Shown: positions 25,507-40,976, counted from the first letter of the stretch. The stretch: DNA of 64,000 nt from Octopus sinensis (GCF_006345805.1 NC_043003.1:76880001-76944000), one strand, 5' to 3'. Notes: generated by a model not told the origin, from the letters alone. Translations and numbers: made by a program.

Positions 25507-25677
25507 TCGTGAAGTATATTTGCTACTTAAATGTGGAAAATTCTGTGCCCTATCTGTGATAGGGCACAGAAAGTGTGTCAATAGCAAGCTGGAGGTGGTG
25601 TCCTCCTGGGGCTACAAGCTACAGTAGCATCCACCTTTAAGGGGTAGCCACATTTAAGTGGCAGATATACTTCACGA
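25507..25677. mobile_element. 171-bp foldback/MITE-like element with 30-bp terminal inverted repeats and an internal 14-bp perfect hairpin
   Basis: 25507-25536 vs 25648-25677 show 2 mismatches. TTCTGTGCCCTATC-tgt-GATAGGGCACAGAA at 25541-25571. Confidence 0.65.
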
Positions 25678-26499
25678 TGTCGTGCAGCTACTATTTATAC
25701 CTCGCTCAGAGATTTATTATTGAGATTTATTACCAAGAAAGTGGAATGCAGCTAGTCTTTGAATCACGTGTGATGCAATGTTATGTATGTGAGGCTATCA
25801 GGAGAGATCATCAGTGATCGTAAAACCTTGCTTTTTAGTGACTTTGAAAATTTTAATTTAAATGTTGTTCATCATTTGAAAGAGCTACATGAAAGATTGT
25901 TTGCTAGATATGTACAGTCATTAAATTTCTGTGACTTTGAAGTAACGAAGTTATCATGTCTCAGTTGAAGTATGGAGTATGTTTACGAGATCTGAAGCAT
26001 TGAAGTATGTTTTTTTTTTATGGGAAGAGATTTGCGCATTGTTATTGTTAGAGGTGACTGAATGCAGGTCTTCAATTGTCTGCATGAACGATGGAAAGAG
26101 CCATTAGTGAACCGTAAAGAATACAAGAATTCATGTAGGTGAGAAGAGATATCCGTCCGCGAAAACTACGGTAATACGAACTCTCAGGATGCTCCCGAAC
26201 CAAGAAAGAATAATATCAATGCGCCCATAGCTCAACCACAAGATTTTCGTCACAGATGCAATCACATTCCTTCCTGATTGATATCAAGTGCAACAACATA
26301 GCATTGGCTGATGATACTACTGACATCGCCGGGTACCTTGAAAGCAAAAGCAATCATCTGCTTCCTCTAATCAGTTAAAAGCAAGTTGTATAATGAGACC
26401 TTTCTCCAAATCATGTCTTTTGTATACTTTAGACGTTATGGCTACCATTTACTTCATCGTTACTGCCATTGTTATTGTTACTGATATTGCGTTGTTGTT

Positions 26500-27170
26500 G
26501 TTGGGTAATGAACGTGGTGGTGGTGGTGGTGGTGATGGTGGTGGTGGTGGTGGTGGTGGTGGTGGTAGTGGTCTTGGTGGTGGTGGTGGTGGTGGTGGTC
26601 TTGGTGGTGGGAGGCGGCAGCGGCGGCGGTGGTGGTGGTGGCGACGGTGGTGGTGGCGACGGTGGTGGTGATCTGCTAGTGGGGATGGGTTGACGGTAGT
26701 ATAGAGACAGGTGATGGTGGTGGTGGTGGAATTGATGTTGTTTGTTATGGTGCTGGCAGTGATTTTCCTGTTGGTAGTATGGTCATGATGGTGGTGGTTG
26801 TCCTGTTGGTTACGTGGTCATGAAAATGATGGTGGTGTTTGGGAGGTAATAAAGGTGTTGGTAGCAGTGTAGATGGTGGTGATCTTGATGGTAAGAGCTA
26901 GGAGTGACGGTAGCTGTGTTATGTTAGAAGAAATGGTTGTAGTTAGAAATGTTTGGTTCTTTTGATAGTGAGATCACGTTGGTGGTGATGGTGGCGGAAG
27001 TTGTGTTGAGTGTGGTGGTGGTGGTGGTGGTATTTGTATGGTAGTGGCTGGTGGTTGTGATGGCGGTGGATCATGGTGGGAGTAGCGATGATTATGGTAG
27101 CAGAGATGAGGGTGGAGTGGTGGTAGAGGGCGGCGATAGTGTTGGTAATAGTAGTGATGGTGACGGTGGC
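26500..27170. repeat. (GGT)n-rich low-complexity tract
   Basis: Direct reading. Confidence 0.9.
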
Positions 27171-27192
27171 GTTAAAATTTTTAATATTGTTA

Positions 27193-27236
<44 letters not shown>

Positions 27237-27605
27237 TAATAATATTTATCATTGTTCCTTTTGTTTCCTGTTGCTTTTGTTGATGATGCTCGTTGTTGTG
27301 GTTGTTAATGATGTTTATGCAATTGTTTAGGATGATATATGTCCTCCTTAGCGAAACATAAACATGAACATTGACGAGAACAACAATAACAAAACAACAA
27401 TAACCTCTACCGCCACCATCCTAACAACAACAATAACAGCAACAACAAAGTCAACAATAACAGGGTTATTTTATTACCGTTTCTGACAAAGTCAAGCAAC
27501 GTAGTTTAAGACAATCAATATTTCTTTCTAAAATGTTGTCAGTTTATTTTGGTGTTTGTCGATAAATAAGCCAGCTTGGAGCTCTAAACAAAACTAACTT
27601 CGCTC

Positions 27606-27663
<58 letters not shown>

Positions 27664-28660
27664 TTGCCCCTTTATTCCCCACCCCATCTTTAAACAAAGC
27701 ATGTAATATTGCTCAGTTGCTTTATGAGAATTGCGAACATTTTAAACACAAATTGAGCTCTATTTCAAGAATCGCAGGTAGTACAGTCGAGGAAGCGCTG
27801 TGTGATTAAGCACAGTTTTGTTGGCTTGTCTTCTGACACCAGCTCTATTCCCTGTTTACAGACAGCATTCTCCAACTCTAGAGCAATATACTTGGGGCCA
27901 AATGTTGCAATGCTAAATAAAGCCTCTCTTTTCCTACCACGACTACTATAATGATCTCTGAACACTTACCTTTCCACCTCTCGTCACTTTTATCATGTCA
28001 ACCAGTACGCCACCACCACTACTAGTTACTGTAACTGTTCCTTCCTCCTCTGGCTATTTCTTCACTGGAATTCTCACGTTGGTCGTACGCCCTTGCAGTA
28101 TTTAAGCTGTTCAAGAACATTAAACATGCTGATATCACCAAACGTTTAGAGCCATGACCCCGCAACCGAGATCAAATCATAAAATAAACGACAAAAACGG
28201 CTAATTTTATTGTCAGCTTAGGTGTGAAGAGGTGTTTATAATAGGGACTCTTCACAGATGTAAACAGTAACATGAGTTCAAGATTTCACGTGGGCATAGA
28301 ATGTAATGAACTTGGCACAGTTCACTTACTTTTCCGTTTCATAATGAAATATGTAATATACGAATGGGAACAGCATAAATATTTTTTAAAAATCCGCTTT
28401 GTACTCGTTATCTGAAACGACAGGTAGCCGAGTAATAGCAACTAAGTCGAAAGTTTGTATCTTTTTCGTAGAACTATACCATGTTGTGGTAACTGAAACA
28501 TTTAACTATCGAGTGACTGAGATGATTTGGAGATTTGATCAATACAGTCTCACTGCCGGTTGTTTGTTGTATTTCAAGTGAATTGTTTATGTACATTGCA
28601 TTTGCAGAGGTGTGTTTAACAATATTTAGTATTTAAAGTTTTTCATTATTAGCTGGCTAA

Positions 28661-29232
28661 GGCGACGAGCTGGCAGAATCGTTAGCACACCGGCCTGAAT
28701 GCTTAGCGGTATTTCGTCTGCCGCTACGTTCTGAGATCAAATTCTGCCGAGGTCGACTTTGCTTTTCATCCTTTCGGGGTCGATAAATTAAGCACCAGTT
28801 ACGCACTGGGGTCGATGTAACCGACTTAATCCGTTTGTCTGTCCTTGTTTGTCCCCTCTGTGTTTAGCCCCTTGTGGGTAGTAAAGAAATAGGTATTTCG
28901 TCTGCCGTTACGTTCTGAGTTCAAATTCCGCCGTGGTCAACTTTGCCTTTCATCCTTTCGGAGTCGATTAAATAAGTACCAGTTACGCGCTGGGGTCGAT
29001 ATAATCGACTTAATCCGTTTGTCTGTCCTTGTTTGTCCCCTCTATGTTTAACCACTTGTGGGCAACAAAGAAATAAGAATCGTTAGTACACGGGCCGGAA
29101 TGCTTAGCGGTATTTCGGCTGCCGTTACGTTCTGAGATCAAATTCCGCCGAGGTCGAATTTGCCTTTCATCCGTTCAGGGTCAATTAAATAAGTACCAGT
29201 TACGCACTGGGGTCGATGTAATCGACTTAATC
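28661..29232 (+). mobile_element. Three tandem copies of SINE family B (GGCGAGCTGGCAGAATCGTTAGC...)
   Basis: Units at ~28661, ~28893 and ~29075 share the TTCTGAGTTCAAATTCCGCC...GGGGTCGAT body. Confidence 0.9.
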
Positions 29233-30564
29233 GCTTTGGCTGGAAGCTACAGTGCGACTGCTTTACTTGCTAAAAATAACAAGCAGATACGCTCAAAGCA
29301 TATTCTTCTATCATAAAAAGTGTAAAGATTCTGGAAAATATCTTAACAGAGAGAGGTGATAGTTGCACGATACCTTATCGTTTTATGGCTGTTTAATCAG
29401 AGATAGCCTTGAACTCACCACTCCCTATTACAAACAACAACAAAGGCCATACTGACGCCCAAATAATTTATCCTATACGCTGTAGGGCACACGGCCAGTG
29501 CTTTTTCAACAATGATTTCTAATAATGAAAAGGCTGCTCGGTAAAGTTGATGCAAACGTATGTAGTATAGTGCGGAAATTTTAATGAATAAAAATGACAC
29601 CCATGATGATGTAAAAGATTCATTAGTTCAATTAGCAATTCTAGTGAATAAATGCAGGAAAGACATCCGATGTTTTAATTAGTTAAAATTAATAAAAAAA
29701 AAAAGAATATGTGCAGAAATATGTAGGAACACAACACTCGATTGATATTTATTTTATCGCCTTACGTTTGTAACTAGGCAGATTGGGAGATTTCTAGAAA
29801 GAATGTCTTGGGACACAGTTGAGGACTGTTAACAGAATATAAAAACCCTGTATACATGGCTGCCGTTATCTGTAACCTTTAATGATTCATGTTTAATTAC
29901 TGTTTTTTTTAAAATTATTTCTAAAGGAATTTTAGTGTTTAATGAAAATATTTTATCAGCGTTTTGTAGAAAGAAACTTATCACAGATTAATGTTGTCGG
30001 TGAGTATTCGTGCGGCGCTAGAGATAATATGAGAAATCAAGTTAAATTCGAAAAATTATATTCACATCGCAAGGGAAACGAAATGTCGAGAGAAACACAT
30101 TAATTTCTCTTAAAATCGCTTTTCAAATGATTTTCATGACTTGTACATTTGTGATTTTTGTTTTCTTTTTTATAATAACGTGTTGATAATTTACTCTTCT
30201 TAAGTGTATAAAATTTGTTTGTTGCTTCGAGAGGAGTAATTTAATTTTTTAAAAATTTCTGTGTCATTTACTGTAGGCCAGGTTGAATGATTAAATATTT
30301 CGTTTTTTAACTGTATAGTTTCAGATTTGAACCCGCTACCCGGTGTTTTATATTTCAGTAGACCTAAGCATTGTGATTAAAACTGAGTAACTGACTAGTA
30401 CTGAAGTCTATCGGATGGCTTGAAGCTGACATATCGTAACCGTCTCCTTTTCTCTCTACGAGGAGCGCTCCAAGATCATTTTCGCTACTGTTGAATAGTA
30501 ATAACAAAAATTAATTTCGTTGGTGGTCTATAGTCACCATGGAGGCGAGGTATACAGAAGTATC

Positions 30565-30795
30565 AGGGGGCGAGCTGGCAGAATCGTTAGCACGCCGGCC
30601 GAAATGTCTAGCGGTATTTCGTCTGTCGTTACGTTCTGAGTTCAAATTCCGCCGAGGTCGACTTTGCCTTTCATCCTTTCGGGGTTGATAAATTAAATAC
30701 CAGTTACGCACTGGAGTCGGTGTAATCGACTTAATCCGTTTGTCTGTCCTTGTTTGTCCCCTCTGTGTTTAGCTCCTTGTGTGTAGTAAAGAAAT
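30565..30795 (+). mobile_element. SINE family B, full length, with 17-bp target-site duplication
   Basis: TSD AGGTATACAGAAGTATC at 30548-30564 and 30796-30812. Confidence 0.92.
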
Positions 30796-32778
30796 AGGTA
30801 TACAGAAGTATCTGTAAACTTTCTTCTTATGTCTAGAAAACAGTCGTTATATTCTAAATAGTTGTCTCTAAGATAATCCATTCATATGCAACCATGCATA
30901 TGAAATATCTCAGGAGTGTATCGTGAATTTCATTATTACAATTTGTTGTGCAAACAAACTCACGCAAACTCCACTTTGGACTGGTCTCAGAATCAAGTAG
31001 CAAGCAGTTCGGTTTCTTCCTTCTAATCTACAATAACTGACAAAAAAGTTCCTTGAACGTGTATAAGCATGAATGCAATGGAATTTTAAAAATTTTACGT
31101 GCTGAACTACTCTTCAGAAACTGAATTACATAAAGTAGCTGCATTTGTTTGCTAACTTCAAACGCTGCCTCTTCAATACATGAAGGAAAGCTGCCGAAGA
31201 AAGACTATCGTTTTCTAATCATTCATCACAAGTTTTTAAACAGATAACCTTGATGTGGAATACAATCACTTTGTACTCATATGGAACAAATTATACATAT
31301 CGTTCTCAATTAAACTATAATTTTATGTTTAACAATAACATTTGCATATTGTCTTTAATTGTCAAACCTCCATTAGTATTGATTAGCATTTGCAATATAA
31401 ATTGATGTTTATGCTGTTTAGATCCTGATTAATGTTAACCAAACAAAACGGCATTTAAAATATTCCTACCACGACTCTTTTATCTTTTGTAAGAATATAT
31501 TTTCTAATGTGATCTTTGCTTAGAGTGGTGGCGAAATGTGATTTCAAGGAAGTATAGAATATTACGAGTGAGTGCCTTGACTTCAGTGCATTAACTTGGA
31601 CGTTGTTGTTGTTGTTGTTTTGGGGAGTTTGTATTTGCGATTGATGCTTCTCATCTGATTTACTTTATTACTCGGAAAAAATTAAGTTTCTGCACCTACT
31701 CGACTCTGCTATCGTTCTTCAATTTCAGTTTTCTTTTTGAAATTCTCCTTCGTTTCAGTGTAGCAACTTTTATCGCCTTCTTGCCGTTTAAATATTAGCT
31801 ATAGAGTAGAGAACCTTTCGTATGTTATAAAGCTATTCTCCAGAAACACATAACCGAGACATATACCTACGATGTAACGCTTTACTATAGATAACTCTAG
31901 TGTGTGTACATGTGTGTGCTTGTGTGCGTATATGGGTGGGTGTGCGCTAGTGTGTATGTGCGTGCGTGCGTGTGTGTGTGGTTGTGTGTGTGTGTGTGTG
32001 TGTCCTGTTTGCTTGTTGATAGGAGCAGTCAGCATAAAAGCATTCATTTTAGCAAGAGTGAGATATAATCAACACCGGAGTTATACGTGAGCTACTTCGA
32101 ATTTCTTGCTCGGGAAGAACATTATCTGACTGGCTTGTATAGTTAAAGTGCACTATCCAGCAACCAAAGAGGGTCATATGACGTGGCTACTCCGCGAGAA
32201 AATACGGTACAAAATACAAGGAATACACGTTAAAAAGCGACCTGAGGGGCAAAAGGACAATTCTGCTTCTTTTATCCACAAATGCAAAAGATGGTTAATA
32301 TAGCATAATGTATTTTAACTAGAAAGTTTCATATAGAAGACGACACAAATTATACCTAGTAGAAGTAGTTATATCAGTCTCAAAGATTTCTGGACTGTGT
32401 GCGGTACGCTATATATAACCGCCTGATTACTGTGCTACCTGACAATGAAACACGTATAACTCTTGTATCCATACATACATACATACATACATACATACAT
32501 ACATACATACATACAGACGTACATACATACATATATGTATATATATATATATACTTTATTTTAAGCAGCAGAAAATTCAACAAAATCTGTTACTCTGAGT
32601 TTCTCGTTGCCGTTCATCAGACAGTTTTTGCTAAAACTGTCTGATGAACGGCAACGAGAAACTCAGCGTAACAGATTTTGTTGAATTTTTGCTGCTTAAA
32701 ATAAAGCATATTACTCTACCACTGGTATTGGTAGTACTCTTTTTCCACCTTGTTTCACATTTATGTGTTTACTCCGGT

Positions 32779-32816
<38 letters not shown>

Positions 32817-32900
32817 TATATGTATTGTATGTATGTATGTATATATATATACATATATATACACATACATATATATTATATTACATACATATATACATAA

Positions 32901-32937
<37 letters not shown>

Positions 32938-32951
32938 ATGCATATATATAT

Positions 32952-33318
32952 TCTTTTATTTTTTTACTTGTTTTAGTCATTTGACGGCGACCATGCTGGA
33001 GCACCGCCTTTGGTCGAGCAAATCCGCCCCAGGACTTATTCTTTGTGAGCCTAGTACTTATTCTATCGGTCGCTTTTCCCGAACCACTAGGTTACAAGGA
33101 CATGAACACACCAGCATCGGTTCTCAATCGATATTAGCGGGGGCAAGCGCAGACACACAAAACACATACACACACACTAATGTGTACCAAAATCCACTCT
33201 CAAGTTTTTGGTCAGCCCGAGGCTATATTAGAAGACATTTGCCCAAGGTGCCACGCAGTCGGGCTGAACCCGGAACCATGTGGTTGGAAAACAAGCTACT
33301 TACCACACAGTCACTCCT
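32952..33318 (-). mobile_element. SINE family A
   Basis: Homologous to 50248-50620. Confidence 0.85.
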
Positions 33319-33360
33319 GCGCCTGCGTGTACATACACACACACACACACACACACATGC

Positions 33361-33406
<46 letters not shown>

Positions 33407-34086
33407 ATATATACATACGTATATGTACATACCTACATCTATACGTATATATATATATTTATAAGCATACGTGGGCACATGACGTCATGAAACGTGTACA
33501 ACAAAAATACGATGCACGAGTACATGGAACATGAACTATTCTTTCGAACAACAAAAGACACAAATGGAAAACGGAACACACAACATAAAGAAAAACTTTT
33601 CTTCAGTTGTTGGCTGTTTTTCTAGTCTCGTATTTCGAGCATTTAACAACAAAATACGCTTTCGATAAAACAGTTGCTCCCGCAAAGGAAATTAAATAAA
33701 ATTTGAGATTTTTGCGGAGGGTCAAAATGGTAACACAAGCAAGACAGTGGAAACAAACAGGAAGGGCTGCTAAGTCTAAACGAGGTTGTGGTGGTGAATG
33801 CGTAAATCAAGCGTGGACAGGAGACAAACAAGAACACGTCTTCCTTATTCCTGCTACAACGGAGAGAATGAAAGAAACACAAGTTAGGAGAAGAAAGATG
33901 GTCGATGGTTACGTGAGAGCCACGTGAGCAAGGGAGGATGAGTGAAGAAGGCAGAGTGACAGAGTAATGCGAAAGAATATTGGGTGATATATATATAGTT
34001 GAAATTTACAGAAAAATAAAAGACGAAGACAAGTGTATGAACCACAAGCAGGTGTATCAGTTTGACGCTCGGGAAAGTGAGTAAGT

Positions 34087-34122
34087 ATTTTACGTTTCGA
34101 GCCTATGCTCTTCAACAGAAAG
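34087..34122 (-). ncRNA. Hammerhead-like motif with non-canonical core (CUGUUGA)
   Basis: CTTT-CTGTTGA-A-GAGC(ATAG)GCTC-GAAA-CGT-A-AAAT. Confidence 0.4.
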
Positions 34123-34445
34123 GAGTAAGAGAAAATAAATAGAGAGAGAATAAAAAAAAAAACTTGTGGATTTAGCGATCAAGAATGGCGCACAGGGACT
34201 GGTTCTGACATTACTGAAGAAATTTTACATGTCACCTTATCTAAAGTATTTATACTGTCCTTCGGTGTATTTAGTGGAGTCCCCTGTGTTACAAATTATT
34301 GGATCAGGTCTGCAGGCTAAGTAATATTTCTTCTCATCCTTATTTCGTTCTCTTTCCTCCCTCTATCATGCCAAATTGACCTCTCAACTGATTGAGTTAC
34401 TTCCCTTCCTCTTTGCCAAAGCTATATGAAAAGGCATATATATAT

Positions 34446-34487
<42 letters not shown>

Positions 34488-35751
34488 TAATATATAGATA
34501 TATTTGCTGAGGATGATAAGAGGGAAAGAAAAGAGAGTAAGAACTAAGGAAGAGAAGAAATATTACTTAGTCTGCAGATCTGATCCCACTGTTTGCAACA
34601 GAGGAGACTCCACGAAATACATCGAACGACTGAATAACAACTTTAGATGAGGTAACGTTAAGTTTTTCAGTAATGCCAGATCCAGTGCATGTGATGCGCT
34701 TCCACATCGTCTCTCTCTACCAATTTCACTTACAAGCACTTAGTCAACGTAAAGATTTCTTTAAAGACACTTGCGGAAGCTGTCATATATTCGGATCGAC
34801 TTCTTAATAATATATAAAATACTGAATAGGTAAAATATTGAATGTTCAGAGGAGATGGCAGTTCATAACTCCATTATGATTTCAACAGAGACTTTTATCT
34901 TCAATTATCAATAACATATGGAATCATATGCAATGATTTTCTTTTTTAAGATCATATTATTAATGAGCAAATATACAATTCTCTTTACGTTCGTTCCCAC
35001 TCAAGAAGGAGGCGAGGAATAATCTTAGAATTTGGAAAAATCGAAATTAAATTAAAATATAAAATAGTACTGGTACTGTGGTGGACATCCTGGACAAGTT
35101 TCGGCTTTATTAAAATTCATCAGTGAATGAATAGTCTAGACGACTCAATAAGATATATAAGAATGAATAATGATGGATCGGAAATATTTCTTTTATTATT
35201 TACAGGAAATATTTCTTTTATTATTTACAGGGTTTTAATCTAAACTAAGTAATGTAAAAGCCACTACGATTATCTGCATCATTCCGAGACCCTCTTAGCA
35301 TCTGATGACCTGATTTTGAAACTCTTCATTATACAAAATAATTCTCCAGCATACAAAAGGCCGGGCTCCACACTTTATCTGTCGTACAATCTCTGAAGTG
35401 GTCCATATTTTCGCAAATATAGATGGGACGCTTTTCAAGACAGTAAAGACGTGCGTATGACAGAATACTTGGAGTACAGTAAAGATGTGACTACGTTTTC
35501 TAGTAATATGTCCAGGACACATGGTAATTATATGTAAATATAAATTTCACAAGTATATGTATTGGACTCTTCTTAGTCAGAAATCGATTGCAGAGTATTT
35601 TATAGAAATCTCTTGTGCGTAATTTCCAATGGATTAACTATTGATAATATTTCACTGGCACACACGTTTATGCGTGTGTATGTTTGAGTGTGTGTTTGTG
35701 TGAGGGCGTGTGCACGCACGCACACGCACACACACATACACATAAACGTAT

Positions 35752-35796
<45 letters not shown>

Positions 35797-37371
35797 CATC
35801 TACGTATTTATATATATATATATATATATTAATAATATATATATATATATATATGTCTATATTGTATATATGTATTATAGTATGTCTATGTACGTATATA
35901 TATATATATATATATATACATACACATACCAAGCATATATAATCGTATGTGCGTGAATGTGTGTGCTCAGTTAATTGTATGTATTCTTCCATCTACCTAA
36001 ACACACATTTATACAGGTTCGCCCAAGTGCACAGCGTGAAATATGTTGACCAAGCCTACGTAGAACTAGAAACACGAAGATATATATTCGAAATATAGAC
36101 ACTTGTACATATATACACATGCAGATTTATACAGACTAAGATAAAACTACAAATGAAATACACACAACTAACACTTGTACCAAATTACTCTCTTTCACCA
36201 TCTATCTGTGTATACGCACATATAGGTGTATATGTGCGTCTGTATACGTGTGCGTGTGTATACGTGTGCGTGTGTGCATGTGTATGTGTGTAATGTATGT
36301 ATGTATACATATATAAACGCTCACACAAACACACATAAAATACATGTTTGAATGCACATATACATATATACCTATATACGTGAAGAGACACATCCACTGA
36401 TATATGCATGAACTTTTGCTATATTTGTAGATCTATGCGTATGCAAATAAAAGCTATTTAATATATGTATGTGTATACATATAGATGAATGTACATACAT
36501 GCATATGTACAAAAAGCATATGAACATATACTACTTCAAAATGTATACACTTATGTGAAGAAATATACACACACATACATATATATACATACATACATAC
36601 ATACATACATACACACATACATACATAAACACACATATGTACGTATATATACATGCATATATATATATGCATATATATATATATAGATATAGATAGATTG
36701 ACAGGTAGATAGATATATGCAGATATGTTTTCATATATATATGTATATATCTATCAATCTATCTATCAATATATCTATATCTATATATATATATATATAT
36801 ATGTATGCATGTATGTATATATATATGTATATATATATATGTATATATAGATATATGTATGATGTATTGTATATATTATTATATATATATATATATATTA
36901 TATATATACATCTGTGTATGTGTGACTGCCTAGATATGCACAATACAACACATATACATCTACATATGCGAGCTAGCACAAATACATATACACGAACACA
37001 CACGTACACACGTAAGTATTCTAGTCAAATAAATACATTTATTACAGTTGTGTATATATATATACGTAAGTATATATGTGTATGTGTATATATATATATT
37101 TATATATAAATTGTTTACAATAACTCGCAAATAAAGAATTGTGCACACATATCGAAACACATACCCAACTTCAAACACATGCGCGTGCACTCTTACATAC
37201 ACATATGCATACATGTATAGATTACATAGATGCCTTTGTTATTCAACATATTGACGCACAGACAGATATGAAAACTATTCATAAAAATCTCGTAGATACA
37301 TATATATGCCAAGAAACACACACACACACACGGAAATGTACATATGTGTGTGCGTGTGTGCGTCCCTGTGA

Positions 37372-37416
<45 letters not shown>

Positions 37417-37757
37417 CATATGCATGCACATGTACAAACACACACGCACCATTACAGACATTATGAACAAAAAAATATGCACAGGACAAACAGATAATCT
37501 TGAACTTCTTTGCCACCGAATATTTTCATTTGAAAACAAAACAGGAGAAAAAGAACTGTCAAGTTTCGATCTCCCGTTGGGAATAAACGCATCCATTGGT
37601 CTCATTTTGCTCTTGTCAGGAATAAAAACTGGCAGGCTACTGAGAATTGCGTTTGTCTTTTAGATAATTCCTGCCATTCAGCATCAGTAGATTGGCAAAT
37701 AATGTATTGTATATGCAATATACACGCATAGGTGTACGTATAAGTGTATATATTTAT

Positions 37758-37816
<59 letters not shown>

Positions 37817-37927
37817 TGAATGTGTATGCTTTTCTATACACACATACCGCATATATAAGGACAGACTTATGCGCATATACGTAGCGCATGATATAGATTT
37901 ATATCAATATTTAAATATATATATGTT

Positions 37928-37972
<45 letters not shown>

Positions 37973-38150
37973 GTATGTATGTATATATATATGTATATAT
38001 ATATATACACATATATATATATTTGCACATACACGCATATATATACATGTGTGTGCATGTGTATGTATGTATACATGCATTTATGCAAGAGGAGTGTGTA
38101 ATATATGCATGAATATATATCAATACTACACACAGCATATAAAGTATATA

Positions 38151-38205
<55 letters not shown>

Positions 38206-38645
38206 GGCTTGTGTGTAGGTGTGTTCTATGTGTATGCGTGCCTAGTGTATGGGTGTATTCAAATATAGTGAGCAGAAGCTCCTTTAGGTATAGAGCTTAG
38301 ATGACGATTTCCGTTGACCGTTGTACAGTGGAATGAGATGGACAGACCATAAATATCAAATTGATATTATCATGAGATTTCATCCATTTTGCTTCAGCAA
38401 TGAATAATGTATACAAAATGGCGAACAACTTATTGTCTTTCGATATGTTCTTACCCTTGTTGTGGTTATTTTATTGTTTTTTATTAGATATTTTAAATAT
38501 TTTGCTCTTGTTTTATTATTGATGTCGATGTGTGATATTGTTTTGTTCTATTTCTTATTTTTTTCCTTGGTTGCGACGGTGGTAGTAGGAGGTAATTTTT
38601 TTTTTATTCTGTACGAAATCTCTGAGGATTATAATAACAACAGTA

Positions 38646-38691
<46 letters not shown>

Positions 38692-39006
38692 TGATGATGA
38701 TGATTCTGATGATGATGATTCTGATGATGATGATGGTGCATAAGGATAAAGAACTATAGCTAAACTGTCGCCTATAAGAAGCTCTGTGGATTGCATGATT
38801 CTTAGAAAGCAAAATAATGAATTACCAATAGTAAATTTATAAGAGAAAGAAAGGAAGAAAGAAACAAACAACAAACAAACAAACAAATGGAGGAATGAAG
38901 GAAAGAAGGGCGGAAAGAAAGAAAGACAGAAAGAGAAAAGGAAGAAACAGACAAACAAACAAATGGAGGAAGGAAGGAAGGGCGGAAAATAAGAAAGAAA
39001 GAAAAT

Positions 39007-39042
<36 letters not shown>

Positions 39043-39867
39043 GAAGTGAGTGATATGGTCGACCACAAGAATATATATATATATATATATATATATGTAT
39101 CTCGATTTTGTACCCAGAACCCGCTGTTTCGTGATACGATCAAGCAGCAGCTTTCATTCATATCGTATCTTTAAAATTATTCAATTTTTTGCGGATTTTG
39201 GTTGCCCCATAAACATTTTTCAGTATTTATTTTTATTGTGACGTTATATGTAAATGAAAGAAACTAAACAATATTGTAACATTTTCCATTGTTTCACTTA
39301 TACTACAAGTATTTGACTACTCAGATGTACGCTTTCAGAGATAATGAATTCTAACAACATTAAAAGTAGAATAAAGTCTCTGGTAGCGTAATATTTTGCA
39401 AATTGCGGTCCTTTTGTAGGTCTCTCATTTTCCCTCTTTCCTTCTCTCCCTTTATCATTCCTCCTCTCTCTGTCTCTTTTCTTCTCTGTACCGTTCTTTC
39501 TCGCACATTTATCTCTTTCTTTCTCCCCTTCCCTTTCTTTCCTTTTCTTCTCTCTCAGCATCACCGTCATCATCATCCTCATCATTATCACTATTATCAT
39601 TATTATTATTTTATGTTTAAGTTTTGTTTTACATTTGTACAAGTTGGCTCCAAGTCTCAACCAGAGATCTCAAGAGACAGTAAGTTGGAAGTTCAAGTTG
39701 TAGTTATGCCTAGGGTGCCATATATTTCGTTTTGTACCTAGTGTTATTCTAGAGAATGTTTAAGAAACCATAAGAAAATTATGTTTGTTTTAAAACTTGA
39801 GATTACATAGGCAGGGCACCTATGACAACAGGTATTGTTTTAGTCTTCAGGTTCCACATTTTGCTAA

Positions 39868-40010
39868 TTACATCGACTCCAGTACGTAACTGGTACTTAA
39901 TTTATCGACCCCGAAAGGATGAACGGTAAAGTCGACCTCGGCGGAATTTGAACTCGGAACGTAACGACAGACGAAATACGGCTACGCATTTCACCCGGTG
40001 TGCAAACGTT
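39868..40010 (-). mobile_element. SINE family B, partial
   Basis: Reverse complement of the family B body. Confidence 0.8.
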
Positions 40011-40744
40011 TCTGGGAGAGAGAGTGGGGTCAGAGAGAGAGATTTACGGTACTGGTAACGCACATATACACAGACATACACACATACACATGTATACATA
40101 TGAACAGAGATGAAAATTAACAAGTCATTTTGTTCCCACCAGTCAGGAATTATTATAGAGTTTGTGAATTCAGGAAAAAGGTCAGATTCCTATCCATCAC
40201 TGGTAATTTGAGCTTCCAATTTGAATTTATTTCCGAAATATACATTCAGAAAGGCTTTTTCAGAGCTGGAGATTTTTTATCCATTTCTTTTTTGACTGTA
40301 TTCACTTATATTTCATTCAGACGTGTTATGTATTGGGCATGTAGCGGTTTCTACTGTTGTTCTAATATTTTTTGAGTCTGAAAACTTTTCCTTTTATTTG
40401 TTACTATTACAATCTGACCTTCACAAGTTATATTTGTAGTTCTATAGAGGATATATCAGCACTTTCTTGTTGCAGAACGCCTATCTCTCATGTTTCGTGT
40501 TTATTATCACACAGCGATGCAATTAAGCTGGTGTATTCTAAATAAAATCATTAGTTTTACTTATTTTTCTGTCTAGTTTTGTTAGTTCCCTTAGCGTCCA
40601 ATAGAAAATAATATAATTATAACTCATTATTGGAACACCTAGACTATTGATTCTTATTTATTTTTGACACTTAGTTCTGCTTCGCGTATTAATCTAAGAT
40701 GTACATAATACACATATACAACCACATACACACACACACGCACG

Positions 40745-40787
<43 letters not shown>

Positions 40788-40906
40788 TATTAAACTTCGC
40801 TTCGTTTCTATGTGTTGCGTACTTCGGTCATTATTTCCAAAATAATTGTCAGGATTTGGTTTGATTCTCATACATCTGTTTCTTTATCTACTGTCGTTTC
40901 CTCAAA

Positions 40907-40948
<42 letters not shown>

Positions 40949-40976
40949 CATTATTATTATTATTATCATTATATAT

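Noticed and set aside
25783-26390. hAT transposase remnant (VVHHLKELHERLF; ALADDTTDI)
   Set aside because: Only short, scattered resemblances in inconsistent order; not supportable.
26393-26693. Gly-rich or Val-rich ORFs (also 42592-42958)
   Set aside because: (GGT)n low complexity without splice or domain support.
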